This document shows, piece after piece, positions 38,109-51,542 of a stretch of DNA of 64,000 nt. Position 1 is the first letter of the stretch, and each line of letters starts with the position of its first letter. A program made the translations under genes and the position numbers. The notes beneath the pieces are model-generated. The model was not told the origin of the DNA and did not search any database. It saw nothing but the letters and a program-made list of their open reading frames with translations. Origin of the DNA: Eledone cirrhosa (Eukaryota); NCBI GenBank assembly GCA_964016885.1, contig OZ024740.1, positions 249,922,001-249,986,000 on the forward strand, read 5' to 3'.

Positions 38109-39360
38109 TGTATATATGTATATGTATGTATATATATATATATGTATATGTATGTATATATATATATGTATATGTATGTATGTATATATATATGTATATG
38201 TATGTATATATATATATGTATATGTATGTATATACCCTTGCAAGCAGGGAAAAGCGGACGTAAAATGATGATGATGATATATATATGTATATGTATGTAT
38301 ATATGTATATGTATAGTATATATATGTATATGTATGTATATATATATATGTATATGTATATGTATGTATATATATATATGTATATGTATGTATATATATA
38401 TATGTATATGTATGTATATATGTATATGTATGTATATATATATATGTATATGTATGTATATATGTATATGTATGTATATATATATATGTATATGTATGTA
38501 TATATGTATATGTATGTATATATGTATATGTATGTATATATGTATATATGTGTATGTATGTATGTATATATGTATATGTATGTATGTATATATGTATATG
38601 TATATATATATGTATATGTATGTATATATATATATGTATATGTATGTATATATATATATGTATATGTATGTACATATATATATGTATATGTATGTATATG
38701 TATGTATATATTATACGTATATGTATGTATATATATATATGTATATGTATGTACATATATATATGTATATGTATGTATATGTATGTATATATATATACGT
38801 ATATGTATGTATATATATGTATGTATGTATATATATATATGTATGTATATATATATATGTATGTATGTATATATATGTATATGTATGTATATATGTATAT
38901 GTATGTATATATATATATGTATATGTATGTATATATGTATATGTATATATGTATATGTATGTATATATATATATGTATATGTATGTATATATATATATGT
39001 ATATGTATGTATATATATATATATGTATATGAATGTATATATATGTATATGTATGTATATATATATATGTATGTATATATATATATATGTATATGTATGT
39101 ATATATATATATGTATATGTATGTATATATATATATGTATATGTATGTATATATGTATGTATATGTATATGTATGTATATATATATATGTATATATATAT
39201 ATGTATATGTATGTATATATATATATATATGTATGTATATGTATATGTATGTATATATATATATGTATATATATATATGTATATGTATGTATATATATAT
39301 ATATGTATATATATATATGTATATGTATGTATATATATATATGTATATGTATGTATATAT
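34645..39360. repeat. (TA)n/(TATG)n compound microsatellite, ~4.7 kb, with a 44-bp RTE 3' tip at 38235-38278
   Basis: Seen directly. The insert cccttgcaagcagggaaaagcggacgtaaaatgatgatgatgat matches the RTE-B terminus. Confidence 0.98.
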
Positions 39361-41220
39361 TTGCAAAAAAACACAAAATCACTGGCTCTACTGTTGGCCC
39401 TCTAATTGATGAAAATGGCACTCTTCAAGACAATGCTAAAACCATGGGTGAGATACTGCAGAAACAATACTGCTCTGTTTTCAGGAATGCTGATATGGCC
39501 GATCTGGGCTGTAATCGGCGATGTTACTCCCCATTACACCTTATCGGACATAACGTTTGGCGCCCCTGATGTCTTGGCGGCAATAAAGGAAATCAAGCAT
39601 AATTCAGCAGTAGGTCCCGATAGGTTCCCTGCTTGTGTCTTGAAGGCGTGTCAACACCAACTTGCATCTCCTCTTGCCAATCTGTGGCGGAACTCACTGG
39701 ATGCTGGTTATGTGCCAGAAAACCTTCTATCCCAGTCTGTTGTCCCAGTTTTCAAAAAGGGAAACAAATCCCTTGCCGTGAATTACCGTCCAATTTCACT
39801 CACCTCTCATATCATTAAGGTATTTAAGCGAGTGGTGAGATCGCGAATGACCCACTTCCTTGAGAGTAACAATATGCTGAACTCCAACCAGCATGGATTC
39901 CGTAATGGAAGGGATTGCCTGACGCAGCTACTGCATCACTTTGATGACATTTTGAGAGCCTTGGGAGAGGGTTCCAACACTGATGTTATCTACCTTGATT
40001 TCAGCAAGGCCTTTGACAGGGTTGATCATAACATTCTACTGAGAAAGCTGTCCAATATTGGTGTCACTGGAAAGCTGCTGCAGTGGATCAAGAGCTTCCT
40101 GTCAAACAGAAACCAACATGTTGTAGTTGAGGGAGTCAAATCAAGCCCAGCCAAAGTCAGTAGTGGAGTCCCACAAGGCACTGTGTTGGCCCACTTCTCT
40201 TCATCATCTATATTAATGACATCACTGACATCATCAAACACAGCAACATTAAAATTTTCGCTGATGATTCCAAGCTCCAAAAGGTCATCAATGGCGTGGA
40301 TGACCGGATAAGCCTTCAGTCAGACCTACTGGCTGTTACCCAATGGGCAGAAAAGAACAACATGTTACTGAACGAAGACAAATTCGAACTGATCCACTTT
40401 GGAAAAGAGGATGCTCTGAAACTCCCGTACTCCCTTCCCTTCGGGGAAACTCTCGTGGCATCTAACAACATCAGAGACTTGGGAGTAACCGTGGACAGCA
40501 ACATAAGCTGGACCACGCATATAAGCAGCAAAGTTGACATGGCCCGCAGAATGTGTTCCTGGATCCTCAGAACCTTCCAGTCGAGAGATTCCGCACCATT
40601 ATCCTTCTCTTCTCTACTTTTGCCCGACCACACCTTGAATACTGTTGTCCACTGTGGTCTCCCCACACGAAACAAAGTATCATGAAACTTGAAGCTCCTC
40701 AAAGGGCAATCACGAAAAAGATAGATGGCATGTCAGACCTTGACTACTGGGGTCGATTAGAAAACCTGAAACTTTACTCACTCCAACGTCGCCGTGAGCG
40801 TTATATTATCTGCATGATGTGGAAAATGTTCCATCATCACTGCCCAAATGATGTTGGCATCGCCTTCAAGATACACCCAAGGCTTGGGCCCCGTGCTATC
40901 CGTCCCATTCAAAAATCTAAATCGCAACTCATAACAACAATACGGCACAATTATTTCACCTCAATCGGCCCTGCTCTCTTCAACATCACACCAGGACACG
41001 TCAAAACAGAAACTGACCACACAAAATTCAAGAAGTCTTTGGACAAATTCCTCCAAGTAATCCCGGACAAACCACCCACACCCGGATATGTCTCCGCAAA
41101 CAGTAATTCTCTTCTCGAATGGGCCATGGTGCCCAAATCCTGAGTTGAAAGACTTCGCCAGGTGGTGCTATTAAGTTAGACATGGCCTGGGCCAATACTG
41201 GCCAAAACATTTCAAAGTTA
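39361..41220 (+). mobile_element. CR1/L2-group LINE, 5'-truncated and frameshifted
   Basis: NYRPISLTS, QHGFRNGRDCLTQLL, DVIYLDFSKAFDRVDH, SGVPQGTVL, FADD (shifted frame), RPHLEYCCPLWSP and YSLQRRRERY; stop at 41143; microsatellite on both sides. Confidence 0.9.
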
Positions 41221-42861
41221 TATATGTATGTATATATATATATGTATATGTATGTATATATATATATGTATATGTATGTATATATGTATATGTATGTATA
41301 TATGTATATGTATGTATATATGTATATGTATGTATGTATATATGTATATGTATATATGTATATATGTATATGTATGTATGTATATATGTATATGTATGTA
41401 TGTATATATGTATATGTATGTATGTATATATGTATATGTATGTATGTATATATGTATATGTATGTATGTATCTATATATGTATGTATGTATCTATATATG
41501 TATGTATGTATCTATGTATATGTATGTATGTATATATGTATATGTATATATGTATATGTATGTATGTATATATGTTATATGTATGTATGTATATATGTAT
41601 ATGTATGTATATATATATATGTATATGTATGTATATATATATATGTATATGTATGTATATATATATATGTATATGTATGTATATATATATATGTATATGT
41701 ATGTATATATATATATGTATATGTATGTATATATATATATGTATGTATGTATATGTATGTATATATATGTATGTATATGTATGTATATATATATATGTAT
41801 ATGTATGTAAGTATATGTATGTATATATATGTATGTATATGTATGTATGTATATGTATGTATATATATGTATGTATATGTATGTATATATATATATGTAT
41901 GTATATATATATGTATGTATATATATATATGTATGTATATATATATATGTATATGTATGTATATATATATGTATATGTATGTATATATGTATATGTATGT
42001 ATATATATATATGTATGTATATGTATATATGTATATGTATGTATATATATATATGTATATGTATGTATATATATATATGTATATGTATGTATATATATTA
42101 TGTATATGTATGTATATATGTATATGTATGTATATATATATATGTATATGTATATATATATATGTATATGTATATATATATATGTATATGTATGTATATA
42201 TGTATATGTATGTATATATGTATATGTATGTATATATGTATATGTATGTATATATGTATATGTATGTATATATATATATGTATATGTATGTATATATATA
42301 TATGTATATGTATGTATATGTATGTATGTATATGTATGTATATATATATATGTATGTATATATATATATGTATATGTATGTATATATATATATGTATATG
42401 TATGTATATATATATATTATATGTATGTATATTATATATGTATATGTATGTATATATATATATGTATATGTATGTATGTATATGTATGTATATATGTATT
42501 ATGTATATGTATATATATATATGTATATGTATGTATATATGTATATGTATGTATATATATGTATATGTATGTATATATATATATGTATATGTATGTATAT
42601 ATGTATATGTATGTATATATATGTATATGTATGTATATATATATATGTATGTATATATATATATGTATATGTATGTATATATATATGTATATGTATGTAT
42701 ATGTATATATGTATATATATATATATGTATATGTATATATATATATATGTATATGTATATATATGTATATGTAGTATATATATATATGTATGTATGTATA
42801 TATATGTATATATGTATATGTACGTATATATATGTATGTATATATATATAATGTAAATATG

Positions 42862-42895
<34 letters not shown>

Positions 42896-42899
42896 TATG

Positions 42900-42930
<31 letters not shown>

Positions 42931-43028
42931 TATGTATATATATATATGTATATGTATGTATATATTTGTATGTATATATATATATGTATGTATATATATA
43001 TATATGTATGTATATATATATATATATG

Positions 43029-43062
<34 letters not shown>

Positions 43063-43273
43063 TATATATGTATATGTATGTATATATATATATGTATATA
43101 TATATATATTATGTATGTATGTATATATATATATGTATATATATATGTATATATATATATGTATGTATATATATATATATATATATGTATGTATATATGT
43201 ATATATATATATATGTATATGTATGTATATATATATGTATGTATATATGTATATATATATATGTATATGTATG

Positions 43274-43318
<45 letters not shown>

Positions 43319-43499
43319 GTATGTATATATATATATATATATATATGTATATGTATATATATATATATGTATATATATATATGTATGTATATATATATAT
43401 ATATATATGTATGTATATATATATATATATATATGTATGTATATATATATATATGTATATGTATGTATGTATGTATATATATATATATGTATATGTATG

Positions 43500-43530
<31 letters not shown>

Positions 43531-43671
43531 GTATATGTATGTATATATATATATATGTATATATATATGTATGTATATATATATATATATATGTATGTAT
43601 ATATATATATATGTATGTATATATATATATATGTATGTATATATATATATATGTATATGTATGTATATATG

Positions 43672-43702
<31 letters not shown>

Positions 43703-43757
43703 GTATATGTATGTATATATATATGTATATATATATATGTATATATATGTATATATG

Positions 43758-43788
<31 letters not shown>

Positions 43789-43868
43789 GTATATGTATGT
43801 ATATATATATGTATATATGTATATGTATGTATATATATATGTATATATATATATGTATATATATGTAT

Positions 43869-43899
<31 letters not shown>

Positions 43900-43985
43900 T
43901 GTATATATGTATATGTATGTATATATGTATATGTATGTGTATATACATATATATGTATATGTATGTATATATATATATGTATATG
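41221..43985. repeat. (TA)n/(TATG)n compound microsatellite, ~2.8 kb
   Basis: Seen directly. Confidence 0.98.
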
Positions 43986-44586
43986 GTAACATGGTGCTAC
44001 TGGTAACATGTATCCCAGTACAACCTGTCTCATGGTCGGGTCGTTGGCGACTAAACTGGCAACCCCACCAAGGTTTCTTGGTGAGGAGGGTGACTTTGGA
44101 CATCATGCAGGACTAAAAACAAAACCTGTCAAAGGGCAAAGGAGCTCTTAAGAGTCAATGGCCATCCAAAATCACCGGGAGAGATGACCCCTTAGCCTTT
44201 GTCAAGGCAGAATTCTAGGAGAAGGAAAACTCTGATATAGCACCTGCAACCCTGATGGTATCCAATGATGTTGACTTGTTCTTCTTTTTGGTAAATATCA
44301 CCTTGGTCAAGAGAGTGGGACTGGCTTTGTGCAGTGCCTTTGCTCACTATAAAAGCTTCACGGCACAGGCATTACTTTATATCTGGAGATCTCTCTGCAC
44401 TTGTCATCACATGGTACCATGGGCCCAGCACTGTGTGTCAGTAATTGTCACAAGTGTAGTGTTTGTACCAGAGTTTTCAAGTTGCTGGCTGGACTAAAAA
44501 TTCACACTCGTTCAGCACATCGGTAGGGGTTCTCCTACATGGATATAAAGTAGTGGCAGTACTCGAAAACGAGTTGGCAGCCACCA
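43986..44586 (+). mobile_element. Non-coding repeat resembling an RTE-clade 5' UTR or a derived non-autonomous element
   Basis: Motifs actaaactggcaacccc and ctaggagaaggaaaactctga recall RTE 5' UTRs (from memory). No credible ORF; flanked by microsatellite. Confidence 0.4.
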
Positions 44587-44831
44587 TATGTATGTATATA
44601 TATATATGTATATGTATGTATATATATATGTATATGTATGTATATATATATATGTATATGTATGTATATATATATGTATATGTATGTATATATATATGTA
44701 TATGTATGTATATATATATGTATATGTATGTATGTATATATGTATATGTATGTATGTATATATATATATGTATGTATGTATATATATATGTATATGTATG
44801 TATATATATATGTATGTATATATATATGTAT

Positions 44832-45123
44832 GTTTTCTCTTTCTCTTAATTTCGAGTATATTTTTTTGACCGGCCACCTTCCTGGTGGCAAGGTTGTAAA
44901 AGAAAAGAAATTGTCATCCCTTGAATCGCAAGAATGTTTTGCATATTTTGAAGGTGCCAGCTATCGCAGCCATTTGTAGACTATGAATTAGGGAGCTGCG
45001 CTTTTTGTCCGCAAATCCAAGTTCGGTCATACTTTGGTCCAAGCGGGTTGGTATATAACCCGTAGCACCAATAATGATGGGTATGAAGCTAAAGGTGTAT
45101 CTTGGATACTGGATTTGTAAGCT
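44832..45123 (-). mobile_element. R4/Dong-like retrotransposon 3' end, copy 1
   Basis: [25 protein letters not shown]...[11 protein letters not shown] with a ~80-nt 3' UTR running into (CATA/TA)n; almost identical to 51039-51330. Confidence 0.8.
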
Positions 45124-45148
45124 ATGTATATATATATGTATGTATGTA

Positions 45149-45184
<36 letters not shown>

Positions 45185-45471
45185 TGTATGTATATATATA
45201 TGTATGTATATATGTATGTATGTATATATGTATGTATGTATATATGTATGTATATATATATGTATGTATGTATATATATATGTATGTATATATATATGTA
45301 TGTATGTATATATATATGTATGTATGTATATATATATGTATATGTATGTATATATATATGTATGTATATATATATGTATGTATATATATATGTATGTATA
45401 TATATATGTATATGTATGTATATATATATGTATATAATAAATAACAAAGAACGCTTATAGCATATGCATAT

Positions 45472-45529
45472 CTTTACTTGCTAACATTGTTTCATCCGCA
45501 CTATAAGTGGGACTCATCAGAGCATAAAG
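45472..45529 (-). ncRNA. Type I hammerhead ribozyme (inverted copy of 50108-50165)
   Basis: Exact reverse complement of the 50108 motif. Confidence 0.78.
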
Positions 45530-46455
45530 GTTAATTACATACCATACAAGCAATAACAAATCCAAGACATTGAAGAATGAAAGGTAATAATAGACGATAA
45601 AGGATAAGAATAAAAATAAAAGTAAAAATAAAAATAAAAATAAGGGGTGCTATCAGTCACAGTTGGGCGGGGTGCTGTCAACATATAGTTACATACAAGC
45701 ATACACATGGATAAGAGAACAGACAAGAGTAGACACATGGATAAGAGAACAGACAAGAGTAGATAAGATAATGGGATTAGGTAAGAGTAGGTAAAAAATA
45801 GGTAAAAAATAGGTGAAAAACAGACTTATAATATATATAAAAAGAAATACAAAGAAATACATAACAAACTTACATATAAGATATAGGGTAAGGAATGAGA
45901 TAAAATAATATAAAATTAAAAATTATATACATAGAACATAATATAATATAATCGTAAAATAAGGTAAACTAAAATCAAATAACATAGACTAAATTAAAAT
46001 AATATATAAGATATAATTAAATGTATAATTAAATGTAATTAAATGTAATTAAATAAATAAATAAATAAATAAATAAAAATTAAATAAATAAATAAAATTA
46101 AAATTTTAAAATTTAAATTTAAATTTAAATAAATAAATAAATAAATAAATGGAGTCAAGTAAGTAAATAAATAAAATTAGATAACATGAAATGAAATAAA
46201 ATAAAATGAAATAAAGTAAATTGAGATAAGATATATATTTTTTTAGAATATATCTCTTGAATATATCAGGGGCCCACGAAGGCACTAAGTGTCACAGTTA
46301 TGTGTATCACTTGACCAATTTTTTAAAATATATTTCTTGAAAACATCAGGGGCCCACGAAGGCACTAAGTGACACTTAGTGCCTTCGTGGGCCCCTGATG
46401 TTTTCAAGAAATATATTTTAAAAAATTGGTCAAGTGATACACATAACTGTGACAC

Positions 46456-47952
46456 ATAAAAGTATACCTCCTCAATGAACTGCATAGTAACTTCCCTTTC
46501 CTTAGGGGCGGGTTGTACCGGGATGACGCCCTACTCTCCATAGATACTAGTAAGTATAATATAGTGCGCATTAGGAAAAAGCTGCATAGCTTTTTTAAAA
46601 CTTTTAACCTATCCATTACTATGGATGTAAATGATAGAACTGTGAACTTCCTAGATGTTACACTGGACTTGGATAACCATACGTACACACCGTACCATAA
46701 GCCCAATGAATTGCTGACTTACGTGAATACCAACTCCAACCACCCTAGGTCTGTCATCAGCGGTATACTGAAGGGCGTATCTAACAGAATAAGTTCACTC
46801 TCACATAGTGAGGAGGCGTTTGACTCGCAGGCTGATTACTATAACGACGCCTTAGCTAGATCCGGCTTTAGGGACAAATTGTATTACACCCAGGGAAATA
46901 ATGGTCCTAATAGTAGCTCTACCAGTGTTGTTATAACACATAATATGTCCATTGGTAATCGAGGTGTCGCGAATGGGAGGGTTCTAAATGCCGGTGGAAT
47001 GAAACAGCAGGGCACCATTAGTCTAAGTAATAACAATAGAGGTGTCGTGAACGGGAGGTTTCTAGATGCCGGTGGAATGAACCAGCAGGGCACCATTAGT
47101 CTAAGTAATAGCAATGGTAGGCCTCGCAGCTCCCCGCATAGACTAGGTGAGCATAGGAACCGTAGAAATAATAATGCTAATAATACTGATGGAAATAGAA
47201 AGAATAAAAAGAATAGAAGAAGATTGAATACATACTTCAACCCCCCTTTTAATTCTGAAGTGGCTATAAATATTCCTAGGGCCTTCTTCTCTGTGCTAGA
47301 ACGGAACTTCCCTCCTGGTAATAGGTACCACTCTATCCTCAATAAGAATGTTGTTAAACTTTCGTATTCTACAACCCAAAATCTGGCCTCTCATCTGGCC
47401 ATTACTAATAATAAGAAAATAAAGGAAGGCCTGGACAACCTAAGCCTAGGGGAAAACACGGTAGTGGATAGAGTGGGCAGAAACACTGGTGGTGATCTTT
47501 CTGAGAATAGCATCACCAGAGGTTGTAACTGTAGAAGGGCTTCAGGCTGCCCCCTGAATGGTTTCTGCCTTGTTAGAAACATAGTTTATGCGTGTGATGT
47601 GGTAACTACGGCGTCCACTATGACCTATATAGGATCAACTTCCACCCCCTTTAAGACCAGGTTTAACTCTCATCAATGCACTTTTAGACATAATAAACTG
47701 AGGAACTCCACCTCCTTGGCAGCGTACGTCCATAATTTAAAAAATGCACGAACACCTTACACACTTACTTGGCGGCAGGTTGCTAAATCCCATCCATATA
47801 CTCCTCATAGTAGAGTATGTAACCTGTGCCTTGCCGAATCCCACTCTATTATATTTGCTAAATGCCCTCTACTAAATAGAAAGTCTGAAATTTTTTCCTC
47901 TTGCCCCCACCGAATATTAAGCTCTTTCTTCTACTTTAAACCTGTTAGCTAG
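46456..47952 (+). CDS. 5'-truncated Penelope-like RT (C-terminal part), linker and GIY-YIG endonuclease
   Basis: GLYRDD, VNFLDVTL, SNHP, YFNPPF, CNCR-x4-CPL-x3-C, IVY...YIGST...FKTR...H, CNLCLAE and LLNRKSE..CPH; no stops from 46456. The TTG start given in the track is not a real start. Confidence 0.92.
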   Translation: MKVYLLNELHSNFPFLRGGLYRDDALLSIDTSKYNIVRIRKKLHSFFKTFNLSITMDVNDRTVNFLDVTLDLDNHTYTPYHKPNELLTYVNTNSNHPRSVISGILKGVSNRISSLSHSEEAFDSQADYYNDALARSGFRDKLYYTQGNNGPNSSSTSVVITHNMSIGNRGVANGRVLNAGGMKQQGTISLSNNNRGVVNGRFLDAGGMNQQGTISLSNSNGRPRSSPHRLGEHRNRRNNNANNTDGNRKNKKNRRRLNTYFNPPFNSEVAINIPRAFFSVLERNFPPGNRYHSILNKNVVKLSYSTTQNLASHLAITNNKKIKEGLDNLSLGENTVVDRVGRNTGGDLSENSITRGCNCRRASGCPLNGFCLVRNIVYACDVVTTASTMTYIGSTSTPFKTRFNSHQCTFRHNKLRNSTSLAAYVHNLKNARTPYTLTWRQVAKSHPYTPHSRVCNLCLAESHSIIFAKCPLLNRKSEIFSSCPHRILSSFFYFKPVS

Positions 47953-49534
47953 CACGTCCTTATTCCTCCAGTTGGGCTGTCTTGTGTAACTGTCTCTGAC
48001 TGTGTGTAACTGTCTCCTATTGTTGGTCGTCTATGTATACGAGTCTGTGAATGTATACGTATGCCTGTGGGAGGATATTGATCTTGATATTGGGGTGTGC
48101 AGGGGAGTGTATGTTAATAAGCACCCCTGTTTGGCACAGTGGATGTAACCCATCCACGCTGGCCTACCCACCATTAGTGCATTGGTGGACCTATCCTGAC
48201 GTATATCTTGTTGATCTGTACCTCTGTATGCGCATGAGTTGTGATGTAATGTATTTATGTAAAGCGTGTACTGCGATTTAGGCTGCACTAGTAGAAATTT
48301 AGCCTGTAACTGTGGGCGGACCCGTGCCATCCTGCCGTAAGCAGTGGATACGTGGCGCATATACGTGTTGCCCTCATATTCTGTGGTTCAAGATCTACAG
48401 GCTGACCTCTGGGAGCTCTTACCCGGGGTTGTAGTCTTTCTAGCACGATCGGCCTTCCATATATTGACGGTCGTTTTTATGATCCCGAAAGTAACGTTTT
48501 GGCCCCGATGGCCCTCCGTAGTTACTAACGGTCTGTGTACACTCGAATCGGTCAATGGCACGTGCAGACATGAATATCTCCGTAGGATTTCAACTTTATT
48601 TTACATCTCATCGTATGTATTTGTTTTGAATATATTACCTGTGGTGGTGGGTCTGGTCTAATGTGGTATTTCGGTGTTTAATATCGTATTTAATATCGGC
48701 TTTGACCCGGGTGTCCTACGCTGTGTGTGTGTGCGTGTGTGTCCGTGTATACATTTATATGTGTATGGGTGTAGGTGGTTATATGTGTCTGTATATATAA
48801 AAAAATATATATATATATATATGTATACCGTCTCTGCATATGCATGTGGTGTGTATACGTGCATATACGTGCTGAACATATTGATGTGTACAATCTTGTG
48901 ATGTCCCAATGCGGTGACTTAATGGCTCTTGAAGCTATTTTTTATATATCTTCTGTCTTTTTATATATATTTTGTATGCGCTACAACTGTATCTGCTTGC
49001 TTTAACCCGCCTCACCTCGCTTGCTAATGCACGTGAATTCTTCTACCTCCTTCGATGCACCTCTCTCTGACCATTGGACTCCTGCCCGTGTGTGAACCGG
49101 TTTGTGATTACCCCACCGCTCAACTGTGTGAATGCACACCCATGACTTTCGAGTGAACTTTCGAGACTGCCCAACCTGGGACGCTTCCATTGCCTTGCAA
49201 TGGTCAAGTGATACTGGTGACTGTGACACTTAGTGCCTTCGTGGGCCCCTGATGTTTTCAAGAAATATATTTTAAAAAATTGGTCAAGTGATACACATAA
49301 CTGTGACACTTAGTGCCTTCGTGGGCCCCTGATATATTCAAGAGATATATTCTAAAAAAATATATATCTTATCTCAATTTACTTTATTTCATTTTATTTT
49401 ATTTCATTTCATGTTATCTAATTTTATTTATTTACTTACTTGACTCCATTTATTTATTTATTTATTTATTTAAATTTAAATTTAAATTTAAATTTTAAAA
49501 TTTTAAATTTTAATTTTATTTATTTATTTAATTT

Positions 49535-49578
<44 letters not shown>

Positions 49579-50107
49579 TTACATTTAATTATACATTTAA
49601 TTATATCTTATATTATATTATTTTAATTTAGTCTATGTTATTTGATTTTAGTTTACCTTATTTTATCTTATTTTACGATTATATTATATTATGTTCTATG
49701 TATATAATTTTTAATTTTTAATTTTATATTATTTTATCTCATTCCTTACCCTATATCTTATATGTAAGTTTGTTATGTATTTCTTTGTATTTCTTTTTAT
49801 ATATATTATAAGTCTGTTTTTCACCTATTTTTTACCTATTTTTTACCTACTCTTACCTAATCCCATTATCTTATCTACTCTTGTCTGTTCTCTTATCCAT
49901 GTGTCTACTCTTGTCTGTTCTCTTATCCATGTGTATGCTTGTATGTAACTATATGTTGACAGCACCCCGCCCAACTGTGACTGATAGCACCCCTTATTTT
50001 TATTTTTATTTTTACTTTTATTTTTATTCTTATCCTTTATCGTCTATTATTACCTTTCATTCTTCAATGTCTTGGATTTGTTATTGCTTGTATGGTATGT
50101 AATTAAC

Positions 50108-50165
50108 CTTTATGCTCTGATGAGTCCCACTTATAGTGCGGATGAAACAATGTTAGCAAGTAAAG
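50108..50165 (+). ncRNA. Type I hammerhead ribozyme in the PLE pseudo-LTR
   Basis: cttta-tgct-CTGATGA-gtcccact tat agtgcggat-GAAAC aat GTT-agca-ag-taaag, about 50 nt from the element's 3' end. Confidence 0.78.
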
Positions 50166-50205
50166 ATATGCATATGCTATAAGCGTTCTTTGTTATTTAT
50201 TATAT

Positions 50206-50584
50206 TACGGCTCTGTCCTCAGACATTGAGCTAACCTCATACTGCCTGCTGGATAAGTGGAGTGTTATACACCCCTGATCCTTTCCCTAGCATAATATAT
50301 ATATATATATGTATGTATATATATGTATATGTATGTATATATATGTATATGTATGTATATATATGTATATGTATGTATATATGTATGTGTATATGTATGT
50401 ATATATGTATGTGTGTATGTATATATGTATGTGTATATGTATGTTTATATATATATATATATGTATGTATATATATATGTATATATATATTATATTACGG
50501 CTCTGTCCTCAGACATTGAGCTAACCTCATACTGCCTGCTGGATAAGTGGAGTGTTATACACCCCTGATCCTTTCCCTAGCATA
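50206..50584. repeat. 89-bp unique segment duplicated directly (50206-50294 and 50495-50583), separated by microsatellite
   Basis: tacggctctgtcctcagacattgagc...cctgatcctttccctagcat occurs twice, identical. Confidence 0.95.
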
Positions 50585-50712
50585 CTATATATATGTATGT
50601 ATATATATATGTATGTATATATATATGTATGTATATATATATGTATGTATATATGTATGTATGTATATATATATGTATGTATATATATATGTATGTATAT
50701 ATATATGTATGT

Positions 50713-50753
<41 letters not shown>

Positions 50754-51038
50754 TATATGTATGTATATATATATATATGTATGTATATATATATATATAT
50801 ATGTATGTATATATATATATATGTATGTATATATATATATATGTATGTATATATATATATATGTATGTATATATATATATATGTATGTATATATATATAT
50901 ATGTATGTATGTATATATATATATATGTATGTATATATATATGTATGTATATATATATGTATGTATATATATATGTATGTATATATATATGTATGTATAT
51001 ATATATGTATATATATATATATGTATATATATATGTAT

Positions 51039-51542
51039 GTTTTCTCTTTCTCTTAATTTCGAGTATATTTTTTTGACCGGCCACCCTCCTGGTGGCAAGG
51101 TTGTAAAAGAAAAGAAATTGTCATCCCTTGAATCGCAAGAATGTTTTGCATATTTTGAAGGTGCCAGCTATCGCAGCCATTTGTAGACTATGAATTAGGG
51201 AGCTGCGCTTTTTGTCCGCAAATCCAAGTTCGGTCATACTTTGGTCCAAGCGGGTTGGTATATAACCCGTAGCACCAATAATGATGGGTATGAAGCTAAA
51301 GGTGTATCTTGGATACTGGATTTGTAAGCTCCTCATCAATGGTCCGTAGATGTCCTCCTTCTCCTGTATTTTTCTGACAACGTTTACATCAAGTGGGCAG
51401 CTGATCTCCACAACAGAACACGTTTTCAATGTGTGGTCCCAAACTACAATATCAGGCCGGTTGTGCTTTAATTTGGTGGCAGTTTTTATTTTCAGGTTCC
51501 ACCAGTATTCCTTAGTGCCATCTGTCTCAATATATTCTTCAA
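51039..51542 (-). mobile_element. R4/Dong-like retrotransposon 3' end, copy 2, with the RLE endonuclease motif
   Basis: [25 protein letters not shown]...VVEISCP...KEDIY is a PD-(D/E)-type restriction-like endonuclease; both ends lie in microsatellite. Confidence 0.85.

Larger units (their letters stand above)
45432..50205 (+). mobile_element. Penelope-like element (Naiad-like) with an inverted 5' copy of its 3' end (inverted pseudo-LTR)
   Basis: 45432-46371 is the reverse complement of 49227-50205. Between them lie an RT/GIY-YIG ORF and a ~2.2 kb 3' region, with hammerheads at both outer ends. Confidence 0.92.

Noticed and set aside
49201-49345. 80-bp tandem units and the 30-bp repeat at about 49873-49933 as a CRISPR-like array
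   Set aside because: There are only about two units, no unique spacers and no cas genes, in a eukaryotic retroelement context.
50206-50235. Minus-strand CTGAGGA in the duplicated 89-bp unit
   Set aside because: No stem II/GAAA follows it before the flanking sequence.
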